A DNA stretch of 59,881 nt, counting the filler, from Sphacelaria rigidula (taxonomy: Eukaryota), in the NCBI GenBank assembly GCA_964200075.2. It is 6 parts of 6 records of this genome, joined end to end, with 100 filler letters (N's around TTAATTAATTAA, not from the genome) between each part and the next. Parts side by side here need not be neighbours in the genome. Positions count along the whole stretch, not along the records: positions 29,994 to 39,889 come from CAXNAA020007532.1; positions 39,990 to 49,885 come from CAXNAA020007533.1; 4 more parts are not named here. One strand, written 5' to 3'. Positions 36,239 through 48,419 of this stretch are shown one piece after another (position 1 is the first letter of the stretch; every line of letters begins with the position of its first letter). A program made the translations under genes and the position numbers. Below the pieces are notes generated by a model, which was not told the DNA's origin, made no database searches, and was given only the letters and a program-made list of their open reading frames with translations.

Positions 36239-37812
36239 GACCCAAGCACATGACTCCAATAACCTCTCAACTCGAATAACTAGGCACATGACCCATCCGT
36301 TTCACCTGGAGTAGCGTTCCTTGCAGGACCCCGGTGTTTCCGGTGTTGGGGAGCAGTCGGCTCTCGTTCTAGTTCTTCACTCCTATGGCCTGTCTTGCCT
36401 GAAGTCTGTCCTGGTGCCGCCAACGTGAGGAAGGTGTGTCGCTAGAGTAGTCAGAGACCTACGGGGGTGACGGCCGTCCTGATGCCGAAGGAACTCCGAG
36501 GCTGGCGATGGTTCCTTCTTGTACATGTAGTTACGAAGTTGGGTCAGACGACAAGTGGTCGCCAGGGGCGACCAGTACCTCGGGGGATGTGGGACCGTCC
36601 TAATATTAGGCTCTCCCTGGCATTACCCCGAGTTGTCTAGTTACGTCGGCATTACAGGGTCCTTGGTAGTCTGGTCCTTCTGGACCGTTCCTACCTTGTC
36701 CCCCTGCTTGCGCTGGTTCTTCATACATGTGTGGCATCAGTCTCTGATATGTCACTGCAAAGAGGTATATTCCATATATCCATGATTATTCGCGGAGAAA
36801 ACGAATGCATGCTATCGTGCTTTGAACCCTTCGGTAGCGAATTCGCCACGTTTGGCAGCATATCAAGCTTGCTTTTGCTCATGCACTTACTAACAGTGGA
36901 TCTTGAAAAATGGGGTCCATCTCAGAAATCAGGTTCAAGTGGCATATCTTTTTTCAGGGATGACGCCACACAGTTACGCAGAGCGAAAGCATCTTTCCCC
37001 CCGAAACTCTGCAGCCATGAATCTGTTTTGGCTAGGTGCACCGAACGAATGCGGTGTACACGCGTGTCGATGACGATATCACCAGAGAGAGAAGCAAGGA
37101 CAGAGAGGAAGCTCCTCACCCGTGTCCTTTGTGTGTCCTCGCTCGGCGATCACAAATCGCTCGAGAGACTGGCATCATCGATGTTACCACCATGTACCCA
37201 TTTTTTCATGTGCCAGGACATCGAGCTGCGGAGAGATTTCGTCTCCTCTTGTCTGTCGAGCTCACCAATGCGAAGATGATTCTCTCTGCCTCTCTTTTTG
37301 GACAGGACGCGCCTCTGTGCGCTGAAAATCATGTCGTCAAAAAAAATGACAATGTTCTCGTCACCGCTACTACTGTTCTCTGTCACATACATGCCAGCAA
37401 GGGCGGTGCTGCGGCGAAAACAACAGATATATCCAGTTCGAACTTGGGGGGGGGGGGTGTTATCCATCGTTGATTTTACTTGTATGTATGTGAGCGACCC
37501 TCTGGGTGCCCAACGACAAGAGCGTGCGAGACGCCAGTTGGAGGGGGGGGGGGGTGTATGGGACATCACACACTTGTGAAGACCTTCTTGACATGCGGAG
37601 TGAAAAAAGATATCTACGGTAGTGATTTAACCGTTGCTAGCGTTGTGCAGAGGGGTGCGTCCATGCTGCAACCTGGAGCATGCACTGGTCGCGTGAACAC
37701 CTCGGTACATTAGCTTTCAAGAAGTAATTCTGATGTGAGGAGGTCATGCATTACAACCTGGGGCGAAATATGATCCCACGAAGAACAAGGGTGCTCTATA
37801 ATCAACCACTTA

Positions 37813-38254
37813 ACACGGGATCTTACAAATTGGGGATGGATCTTATACTGGGGATTTGAAACCCGGAGAATTAAAATCTTCGTATCCACACCAAATCTTC
37901 GGAACATGGTTTCATTTCTTCACCTACTGATTGCTATTGACAACTGCTACACGCCATAGAAAATTGGATTTCGATAACCGAAACGTTGGGGTCCTAGGTG
38001 AAAAAATAATTTTGGGGAATTCCGGTGGTCCGAACGGACGCCAAAATGGTTCCGAAATTGATTTTTGACCTAGGAATCCAACGTTTCGGCGGTCAAAATT
38101 CAAATTTCTATGGCGTGTAGCAGTTGTCAATAGCTATCAGTAGGCGAAGAAATGGAACCATATTCCGAAGATTTGGTGTGGATACGAAGATTTTAGTTCT
38201 CCAGGTTTCTCATCCCCAATAAAAGATCCATCCCCAATTTGTAAGATCCCGTGT
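37813..38254. mobile_element. Foldback MITE (~440 bp)
   Basis: ~200-bp highly similar inverted arms starting ACACGGGATCTTACAAATTGGGGATGGATCTT, flanked by TA on both sides. Confidence 0.9.
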
Positions 38255-38504
38255 TACTAATCATTGCATTTGACACCCACGCCATCAACCGCCGACCGCA
38301 AAGGTCTCGTGGCTTTCAAGCAACGCTGACGGCAGTACGGCAGGCAAACCCTATCATAGCTATCTTTCGTCGCTCTACTGGACTGGCTGGCGTCTGCACA
38401 GAGGTCGCCCGGCGTAGCAACATACACCAAATTTTGCAACCTTTGTAATAACAAAACAGTTCGGTTATCCCAACTACATACACATGATTAAAATGACTCT
38501 TGTA

Positions 38505-39135
38505 CTGGCACTGTATGGGATTTGTACGGCAGAGACTGTTGAAAAATTCTCGTCTTGCCCAATTGATATGAACTGAAGGGCAAGAGATTTTGGAACAACC
38601 TCTTGCCGTTCGAATGTCATACGCTCCCAACAATACGGTGTGTCGGGTTTGAACAGCAGGGGCTGCTCGAAAGTCCTCCATTTGCCCATTTCGGGATCAG
38701 GACACTTTCCACGATACCCCCCCCCCCAAAAACCAGCTAAAATTGTCACGAGAAAAATGGCCATACAGCGCCTGATGTTCGGGTTCAGAGGCTGCATGAA
38801 GCGCCTCGTAGTGGCGACATTGGCTAGAACGAAACCAAGCGTGGGAATTCCCAGCTTCTCGTTGTGCTAGGCTTTTCCTATTTCAATTAACGTGAAGATT
38901 TTGCCTCCTAAAACCATGCACTTTTGGGGCGGGGGCTATCGTAGAAAGTGTCTAAGGCGGGCAAAACGACGACTTTCGAGAAGCCTCTGCTGTTCAGATC
39001 CCATATAGCAGTGTATGGGATGTGTACACCAGAGGCTGTTCGTAAGAAATGCTTATTTCGCCCGATGTGGAAACTGGGCAAAACAAGGATTTATTTCAAA
39101 CAGCCTCTGCTGTACAAATTCCAAATATGCTGTAA
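38505..39135. mobile_element. Degenerate foldback element with a MITE at its centre
   Basis: Arms ~38505-38700 and ~38953-39135 are inverted and built from CAGCCTCTGCTGT(A/T)C repeats. A related sequence lies at ~6700-7030. Confidence 0.6.
38701..38952 (+). mobile_element. MITE of the 25212 family
   Basis: TIR GACACTTTCCACGATA / TATCGTAGAAAGTGTC and body TGAAGCGCCTC..GGCGACATT..GTGGGAATTCCCAG. Confidence 0.8.
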
Positions 39136-39889
39136 CAAGTATAGGATTTCCACAGCACGAGTACCTTCAGAAACAATTTAGAGGATTCCGATATTGACAC
39201 AAACACTCGAAGGGGACCCCAATGTTGAAAACCCTCTAGAGGATTGCGAATGCCCAAGATAAGGTCCGACGTTGTGCAGTGTGGCTATATTGGGACATCC
39301 TACGATGTGCGCGCTTCCAAAGGAATGCCTCATGTACCCTTCGGCGAGCGCAAAATGTCCACCTGTACCGTACACGCCTCCACGGATATTTGCCACGCTC
39401 TATCTCCGCTTTGGAACAACCTACACAATATATCATGAAAGAAAGGAACAGTTCCGAAAAACGATTACGGGATCAATAATTCAATTTAGGAAAATGAAAC
39501 AGGTCGCCATGTGTATCTGCATGTGTGCGTGTGCGCGCATGTGCGTCCCGAAAACCGATAACAGGACTAAAGATCGAATTTTGGAAAAATAAAGTAGATC
39601 GTCATATATGTGTGTGTGCATATATGTGTTATAGGATGCCCACACCAACGACAACATCGATTTCCACGTATACCATAGGTGGCACGTACGTTGAATACCA
39701 CCCTTTTGCGGTTCACCTCCAGGCAATAGATTTCTTTGCGTTTTCTTAGCACCATGTCGGTATCTGCCGTACTGTATCCGGTTACGTTGCGTATCAATGC
39801 CCCCCCCCTCCCCCCCCCCCCGCCCCCCCCCCTCCAGCGGCGGGGTCCCTTTGGGACACGCCCTCAATCCACACCGCATATGTAAAAAA

Positions 39890-39989
39890 NNNNNNNNNNN
39901 NNNNNNNNNNNNNNNNNNNNNNNNNNNNNNNNNTTAATTAATTAANNNNNNNNNNNNNNNNNNNNNNNNNNNNNNNNNNNNNNNNNNNN
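39890..39989. other. Artificial contig linker
   Basis: N44-TTAATTAATTAA-N44. Confidence 0.99.
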
Positions 39990-41271
39990 CTCCAGAAAAA
40001 CTCAGAAAAAAGGACGACTACGAATTTTGAAAACTTCTGACGCTGACTACTAAAGAATTTTCGAAGAACATTCCTACTTGATTCGGATGTGAACACCAAA
40101 ATTTCGGGTCTTTCGTGAGACCGACAGTCCCAAATGTTTTTATGGTGCGCAGAACGCGTTAGTGTCTGAATCGGCGCCGGAGGCGCTGGTACTAGCACAC
40201 CATACTTGGCCAAGGTAACACTTTGCATCCCCCTCGCCCGAGGGTTCTCGTATGCGTTGTTGGGATTTGCGTTCGGGCCTCTCTTGTCGGAGGGGATTTT
40301 CTCCTTTTTCAAATCTCCTTTTCAAAAAACGAACGCTGATTGGTCGCTGCGATACCACCCCCCACGACACGTACTCAATGTTTTCCGCTTTCGAGGAGAA
40401 CTTTCAGAAAGTGCAAAAACATCCCCCTTTGAGAAGACAATTTCGGGCCACCTCAAAGGGGAACGTACATGTCAAGTTGACAGGGGTAGATGCAAAGGCG
40501 TACCACACAACCCAAACCCAACAGCATCAGAGCTGAGCCTGAGGAACTTGGTGCCACCGCAAACCAGAAACACACTGCTCGAGCCGTAGCCGCTCATCAG
40601 CTGAGCACGTTGTGCGTGCCCTTCTCGAATCCGTTCAGAATTCATTGAGAAATGATATGTGTGAGACGCGCGCACAGCACACGAACACAAACGGCCAGCA
40701 ACGACACGTGTTCGGTTGTTTTTGACACGCACGCGGCTGCCATCCGTCGAATACAGAACGGATTTCCGTCAAACAAAGACTGCCGTGTGTGCAGATTAGG
40801 AAGGACTAGCGCTGGAACTGATGTGTGTGAGTGGTGGATGTCTGTGCGTGCTGTGTCGGGGCTGGGTGTGTAGGTGTTGTGGTGCCTTGCGTCTTTTCCA
40901 TAGAATGACAGAGACCTTGGACTATCGACCATTTTCAGACCCGCCGCATTTCCGAACCTGTGCGCAGATCTGCGGTTCGATCTGTACAAAACAGCTTCTC
41001 GACAAGACTCAAAACTGGTCGCTGTGGGGGCAATCCTCTTTCAAAAGGGGATTTTCAAGAAAGGGAAAAAATCCCGTTCGATAAGAATCCGCCTTAGGGT
41101 TAGGGATAGCGTGATCTCAAAATCATGAAATTTATGAAAAAGCTCCATTCTACCAAATGGGAATATTTTACCTGCAAGAAAAAAACAGATTTTGGAAACA
41201 TATTTCGTACAGGCTACCAAACAGGTTGGGCACATGTGCACAAATCGTGACCAAAAACCACGCCTGCTTAC

Positions 41272-44200
41272 GATTCTTGCCTCCGGTATGCCGTCAAGAT
41301 CCGTCAGAAGTCGGACCACGAACGATTCCTCTCGGAAATTTTGCTGCGGGGTAACAGTGCCGCCACCGCCGACGCCGCCGACCTTGCCAGCAGACGATGA
41401 AGAACGTTCTGAGGAACGCTCTCGAACCGCGGCCCATCGTGAAGGACCCTCCGGGGGATTCAAAATAGAGGCAAGCTGTTCCGCAAATACTACTCCACCA
41501 CTGCGTCGAATGACCTTGATCGGGACAGTACGTCAACGATGGGATATGGATTGATCTCAAAAGTAATCCGTTAACAACATTTTTGACTTCGTTCCCATAA
41601 GGGACGCGGGTTGAAAGCATGACAAAGAGAGAAAAGAAAAAGAGAACACGTTTTCCTTGTTTTCGCTTTATGTACTGTGTATTGATCCCATTGACTGATT
41701 GTTTGCCTTGTTTCTTTTGCTGTACACGTGTAGCTGTACAGTATTTATAGCCATGTATATGTGTGTTGCGTGTGTGTGTTATCATTCTATCTATTCTGGA
41801 CGTCGGTCTATACCTCTCGGTATATGTGGGCACACCAGCCGGGGTCACACGAGGGGAAGGCCAACACAGGGAGGTCTTTCTTTTTCTTTTTTTCAAGTTT
41901 TAGTTCTCCACCTTCCTCCTCCGGTGCTTGCCCTTTTTCTCGCGAGAGGGGTTCAGCGGTCCCTTTCCCTCGTCGACCATGAAGTCAAATTTGGTGTACC
42001 CACGACATCGTCGTTCTCCACTGGTGGGCACTGTGTGAAAAAAAATCCCAGACGACTCCGAGATTCAAACCAACAACCCAATCATCAGAAGGTTTCGAGG
42101 TTACCAACTGAGCCACCGGGGCTGTATATGTAAGTGTCTACCATGTCATCTCACAAGTTCGCGGTGAACTGCCGGAGAGGTCAGGTTCCTTTCGTGAGAC
42201 ACGATATCAAGCTCCTCTCATGAGATACGAGGGTATCGACCTCCCACACTGAATGCTGCGGTAAAAGCTGAACGTGTGGGGGATAGGGCAGTAGATCCAA
42301 CCACGACTCGACTGACCGTCTCACGTCGGCTTGCCCTTTCAGGTCAGTGACATATGACGGGCAACATAAGATAAATCATGCGGGGCAATGGATACGAGTA
42401 CATGCGGCGGAACACGGGGCTATCTCGTATCGGCACGTGTAATGATTTTTCGTGTTTTCACGAGACATGAAAGAGCACACATCTAACCGACCCCGGCATG
42501 GACACGGACCCACAGCGTGTGTGACGCAAGTTGAAAACAAGAGACGCTTGACGAACTAGCTCTTGGTGGCCACTTGAAACAAAACCATTTTAGATGGGAT
42601 TTGAAACAAAACACACACACACACACACACACACACTTCAGGGTCACTCACCTCGCATGCCATCTTGAGCTGTCTATCCCACACCTCTCTCCGCGGATCC
42701 CACGGCCCCTTAACTAAAGCTTCCACAAACGAAGGTACCTGAGGTGTTCAACGACGGGGAGGGGGGAATGGATACAGTATATGAGAGACCTGTGACGGTT
42801 TAAGAGACAACCAACTAGACTACTGACGAGTCAGCGCTGACTCGTCAGTAGTCTAGTTGGTTGTCTCTTAAACGGTCACAAAAAGTTGTCTTGGGGGCTC
42901 AATCCCCGTCACTTTCACTCCGAGGAGAGCGACTCCCCTTGCCAGCGCTCTATCGACTGCAATCAGGACCTCTAATGTTGTCACTCTCACCGTACCCTTG
43001 AGGTACTCGTCTCCCTCACTCATCTCAGAGTGTGTTCACAAGGGTCCTTAGCAGTACACTCCAAACATAGCCACCAGGCTATACCCACCCTTTTTTGTTT
43101 TTGGGCCAATTTCTTGCAGAGGTTTTCTCTCCTCTTTCTTCTTCAAAGAAAGTACGTCCGACGGGAATCGTACCAGCGACTAACTTTTTTGACGGTTTAA
43201 GAGACAACCAGCTAGACTACAGACCAGTCTGCTTCAACTACCCAGATATCGATTTTTCTTGAGGACACGTCAACGAACACGCCGAAACGTTTCAAACGCA
43301 AAAAGTGTTGATTGATGTTTACGTCCGGCTTGTGGGTGTGACCTCATTGTCTCCGGCCTCATGCATAGTACCCCTACAAGCATTGGACACGACGTTTATC
43401 ACAGGCGTTCCCATTGTCTATGTCGACGATCAACTAACTACCGCACCCCTTACCGAGTGGATTTTTGTTGAAAATATTCCGTTCCCTACAGGTCGAAATT
43501 TCGTTCATCTCTGAGCATGTTAACATACAAGATATCGTAATTTCGTACTCGAACCTTCTTGGTCGAAATGTCGCGCTTAGGTTACTTGTCTCTACACTGA
43601 TGTCACAGACTCTTCTTGTCAAGGAAAATAAAAAAGGATAACAGTCCATGTGTCGAAGGTCCCCGGTTTCATTGGGGCAAGCCTCGGCTGCAGTTTGCAA
43701 CTCGGGGCGGGCGGTGTTTCATCTCGACCTCGAATGACATGGTGACAGCCAATTCTGGGTACAAGCAGCTCTTGAACAATCCATACAAACGCATAATGCG
43801 TTCATGATCTTGTCATCCCGTATGTGGTGGAGCGGAAGGTCTGATCAACCCGACAATTAGTTATTGACTGGCCTGAAGGGACCGCCGTGCCCCGGTGGTG
43901 TAAATTAAAATGATCCGACTGTCACCATTAGGGTGGAGAGAACGTAATGGGTTCGATTCCCGATCCGTTGGGTTTTTCCTTCGCAAGTATCTGAATTCAT
44001 CATGGAAAGCGTGAGAACGTGAACAACCAAAAAGTAGTGGACTGAATTGTCTGATGAGAGTTGACGCGATGCGGGAGTGCTGATAGCCATGACCCAAACC
44101 GCGAGATCAAAATGCAAGGCGTGTACCGCGGAGAGATGGGTTGATTCCTTGAGACTAGTAGACCACGGACTCGTTCCGAGTAAGGGGAGGAATTCGAAGT

Positions 44201-45151
44201 GCGACAGATGAATGAATGGATGAAAATAAATAAATGAAGGGTGATGATACCTACCAGTAAGCTCGAAACAAGCTGGAACGACCAAGGCGTTATCAAATAC
44301 TGTCAGCGTTTTTTTTATGGATGGATTCATTGACTGATTGATGAATGGATTTGATTGAGTGACGTCAATTAACTGATCCTCCAGGAGTCATGATCCAGTC
44401 GTGGCCATTATTCACATGATAGACGTAGCCGAGATAAAAGTTAAATGGAAACACGCGCTGGAGAAACGTGAAGGAAGCAGAACGGTAAAACAGGCAGAGT
44501 AGACTAGTGTACGCCTTGACTCCACACGACCCCCCCCGCGCCCGCCCGCCGTCCCCTTTCACATTTGAATGACTCACGTCCACGTCAACATCCAGTCCCC
44601 ACTTGATTTTCACCCTTCCGCTCGTCACGTTCTTCTTTCCTCCCCTTTTGCTGCCGAAACTCCCGCTACTACTCTCGATATCGACGCGGTTGCCGCTGCC
44701 TCCACCTGCGCTGTAGTCGCCACCACTAGGTTTACCACTGCTCGCCGCCCTCGCGCTTGCCGTCTTCCCGCTATCGCCACTAGCTACGCCCACCTCGCTC
44801 CTCTCGTTACTGGCGCTTTGTGTCGCTCCTTCTCCGCCCCCAGCGCTATTGCCATCGTACGCGTCTCGTCCAGCGTGAACATCTTCGTCCCCTAGTAATG
44901 GGTCGGAATTCTGACCGCTGATATTTACGCCGGTTCTTCTTCTCGAGGATACGACGCCGGTCATACCAGCACCATCTCCAACACCACTCCCAGAGGCACG
45001 GCCAGCAATGACAGTACCAGTAACACCAGCAGTAGCAAAACTGTCGGTAGTCTCTGTACCGACCATACCGGCATCCCCGTCATCACTAGCGGTAGCCGTC
45101 TCACCAGCACGGACGGCGCCACCATTTTCACCATCGCGATCGGCACTACTG

Positions 45152-45182
<31 letters not shown>

Positions 45183-47820
45183 GGGATGACAACACAAATC
45201 CACGGCGGGCGAATACGCCACTGCTGCGACGACGAGTAGTACCATCATAGAAAGCATCTGCAGCTCTACCGCAAGCGTCGCTATTGCCATGAGAAGTTTC
45301 TCCGACATTAAACGATGACCGTCGCGTGGTGTCCGCTGTCCCCCACCCGCCCCTCTCCGATCCCCATTTTCGTCCCGTTCGCTGCTCGACAGAACCGGCG
45401 ATCACAGCAGGCTGTGGTAGGAGTTCGGAGAACATCCCCAACGGACTTCGCTGTCTTATTCTCTGCCTGCGCACAGTAGTAAAAGGTGTGGTACAAAAGT
45501 GCGGCATGGTACCCAGGGGTGGAATCGAGGAGGGAATGGTGGTGGTGGGGGTGGGGGCGGGGTGATATTTTTTCCCCGAGGGTACTCTTTGGACACAGGT
45601 ACACTTTGGATACACGTGTCAGTGTAAGTGCGTACGATAATGAGTGCGACAAAGTACAGCAGGCTGCCTCACGCATTGGTCCTTTGAGCGCCCATGTTAC
45701 TTGATTTGATTGGTAGATTTGGCACATTAACTAATCGTCATCCACAAAAAGAACCCAGCCGTCGTCACAAGATGAACTTATCAAGGATGAACAAAGGGCA
45801 AAGCAGGAACACCCGCAATATGATCCTCATATGATAGATGTATACATACTTCGTGAATGTATGTGTGAGAACCACTTTGTCTCTATCCTAAACTGTACCA
45901 ATACAACCCTATGGGTCACTAGCACTCGAGAATGAATCCTGAGAGCGAGAGAATGGATCGGAGTCACGAAGAAAAGACGCACGCACGCAATTTCCGCAAT
46001 GCTGTGCATAGAATACTGACCGTTTAAAAATGTGCTTAGCTTTGTCACGAATGAATTAACCCCAATGCCGTTTTTTTTTTGTGTCCACACAAAATAGCAA
46101 GCATCATCTGATGCCTAATTCGGAAAAAGGGACGGCATACCTCTTTTTAATTGCGGGCACAGCGTATGGACGGCACGACCGTTCCGCAGACCGTTCCAGG
46201 AACTCCGATCGTCCGGCTTCTGCGAGAGAAATCAAGCCTTGCGGGTTGGGGAGCCCAGCCCAGCAATGACTTTGGTGAACAACGGCCACAAAAGCGGGAG
46301 AGGTTCCACCGACAGCGTACAACATTGTTCCCCTATGCACCTGGACGGACAATATAAAAAATTGGGTGAACTTAACTTTAAATCTTCCTTTACACATGTT
46401 CACTGTATAATACTTCTCTCCCTATACATTTTTGTGTGTACATGCGATTAGAATCCTAGCCTTTCTGCGTTCCACGCTGGAATCACGAGAACCAATAAAA
46501 TACATGAAAAAAGCGCTTATCGATAGGCATGAAAGTAACACTGAACGAAACCTATGATTGAGCAGCGCGACAGTCGGTACAGTATATGTCTTTGAAATCT
46601 TTCCACCTGGAATCTTTTCAATACAGTTTGTGCAGCAGCGGAATGAGTGCACACGTTCGATCTTGAAACTATTGTGAGGTACACTTTTTATCCACGTGGA
46701 GATGGCCCCCGTGGCATGCATATATGGTGAAACTGCCACCATCAGGATCGAAAGAACCCAGGTTCGATGCTACCGGATGCGTTCGGGTTTTTTCTTTGCA
46801 GTGCCATTTCCGCCGTTGACTCCGTGAGGGCGTGAATATCACAAGTAGCTTGTTTCGCGGAGTTTGGTTAACGAGAGTTGACGCGGCGCGGGCGTGCTGA
46901 TGGTCATGATCCAATCCGCGAGACCAAAATGCAAGGCGTGTACGGGGGGAGAAATGGGGTGATCTCTTCAGACCATCGATTCGTCCTCGATGGAGGGAAG
47001 GGGTTGTGACGACAAAAAATGGGGGAATATGAGATGTGGGCACTCACAGACATACCGCGCTCAATGAAACAGGATAGTGATACGTGCTATTAATAGTCGT
47101 TGCGTGCGGGTTAGGTGGTACCTTGACCCAATTTTTGGAAAATGGTTTTCTGAGTGAAAGAAAAATACTACATGAGAATGTTCCTAGCGAACAACTGATT
47201 GGAGGGTCCGAGAACCTTCTCTCTCTCTATATATATACATATATAGTATATATATATATATTCCTTTTCGTTGTCGTGTCGCTCATCGCTGGGAATACCT
47301 CGGAAGGTCCCTTGTAGCGATCAAATAGTGCCGCCAGAGACATGACGCTAAGATGCACACAGAATTACACCTGGGCCGTGACGGCTGTACTGCCCGCGAC
47401 TCAACAGCAGGCGCGAAACATTGTAGCTCTTGGATGACTGAGCACGATGAAATCCTTTTTCGCTTGCTTGCGAAACAGCAAGAGCTGGATCACAACACAT
47501 ACGACTTCAGAAGCAGCCATGAACCCGTCAGTACAAGCGCAAATCGTGCGCAATGACGCCCCCTCTCCGGGTTAGTTATTCTCGGTGTTATCCATTCCCT
47601 GCAGAACGAATCCCTGTGCATCGCAGCTTCTTTCCGTGTAGCTTGAGAGAGGGAGGGCTCCCGTTAGATCAAATACGCCGGTGCTTACACACCCCGTAGA
47701 TGCTGGCAAAAACGGCTGTGCATCAAATAACCTCTGCATTTTGCCATAGGCGTTAACTCACCTTCTCAAGTGTCGAACAGTTCACATGGTCGGAATTATG
47801 ATAAGATATGCACATAAATC
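41272..47820 (-). CDS. Multi-exon gene of unknown function; internal exons 47820-47762, 46340-46141, 45466-44578, 42738-42652, 41475-41272
   Basis: AG acceptors and strong donors (GTGAGT x3, GTATGC, GTAAGC) with consistent phases (0,2,0,0) give an uninterrupted ~480-aa frame including a long Ser/Gly-rich exon. Start and stop exons not resolved. Confidence 0.7.
41763..42122 (-). mobile_element. SINE family 1, intronic
   Basis: Head, body and tail similarity, with TSD TGTATATGT (41754-41762 and 42123-42131). Confidence 0.9.
42791..42880. repeat. Near-perfect 90-bp palindrome with no spacer
   Basis: 45-bp arms with one mismatch, centred on AGC|GCT. Confidence 0.95.
42836..43232. mobile_element. 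TIR element (~400 bp)
   Basis: Left GCTGACTCGTCAGTAGTCTAGTTGGTTGTCTCTTAAACGGTCACAAAAAGTT pairs with right AACTTTTTTGACGGTTTAAGAGACAACCAGCTAGACTACAGACCAGTCTGC. Confidence 0.75.
43881..44234 (+). mobile_element. tRNA-derived SINE family 2
   Basis: B-box GGTTCGATTCC, core GTTGACGCG.TGCGGGAGTGCTGA..CCGCGAGA.CAAAATG, (ATGA)n tail, TSD TGAAGGG (43874-43880 and 44235-44241). Confidence 0.8.
46704..47005 (+). mobile_element. SINE family 2, diverged copy
   Basis: GGTTCGATGC B-box-like motif and the same core as 43881-44234. Confidence 0.7.
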
Positions 47821-48301
47821 CTGCATATGTCTATAAATCTCGGTCAAATGTTGTCGTACATCCCTACTTGTTGGTCATATCGCGTCGTATATCAACATTT
47901 TTTGCCCCTAATAGTCATATTTGCATCATATTATATATCCCCTGTTTGTTGACGTATTTGAGTACTGATTCGGATCATAAGCTGGCTAATGTGGTCCCTT
48001 TTTCCACATTTGCTCCCTGCAGTGCTGGAGGCCGAGCAGCGCAAAGGTAGCGCTTCGGCTTCTCTGACCCCGCTGTCACATACTTTGTATTCTTGGACAA
48101 CGGATCTCAGAGTCCTCTTCGACTCCTTTAGGTTGCTCAGGAGCAGTCTGACGTGTGAAATGGTCCTAAAAAGGGTAAAAGCTCAAGGCCTACGCAGAAG
48201 TCACACCGCTCCGTCCCCCCCGCCGCCGATTTTTCGGGGCAAACTACGGATTTCTCACAGCTGTTCCTAGCCCTGATGCAGATTTCTCAGACCGATTTTA
48301 A

Positions 48302-48419
48302 CCCTTCCACTGCCAGGGTAGGCGATCTGTTGGGTAGGGATGATTATACTTTATTTTTCAAGGGCAAATGAATGATTTCGATTCAGCAGATCACGTAGAA
48401 TACCCTTGCGGTCAAGGGG
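48302..48419. mobile_element. Small piggyBac-type MITE
   Basis: TTAA|CCCTT..CTGC...GCGGTCAAGGGG|CTAA with shared GATTCAGCAGAT core. Confidence 0.65.

Larger units (their letters stand above)
31516..36776 (-). mobile_element. Non-autonomous Gypsy/Ty3 LTR retrotransposon lacking RT/RNaseH
   Basis: 351-bp LTRs at 31516-31866 and 36426-36776 (~95% identical). On the minus strand: PBS-like TGGCGGCACCAGG 3 nt after the 5' LTR, PPT GGAAGGGGGGGGGA before the 3' LTR, and integrase last in pol. No TSD seen. Confidence 0.9.

Noticed and set aside
44365..45615. 416-aa single-exon gene
   Set aside because: Better explained as internal exon 45466-44578 of a spliced gene. The ORF ends extend into introns.
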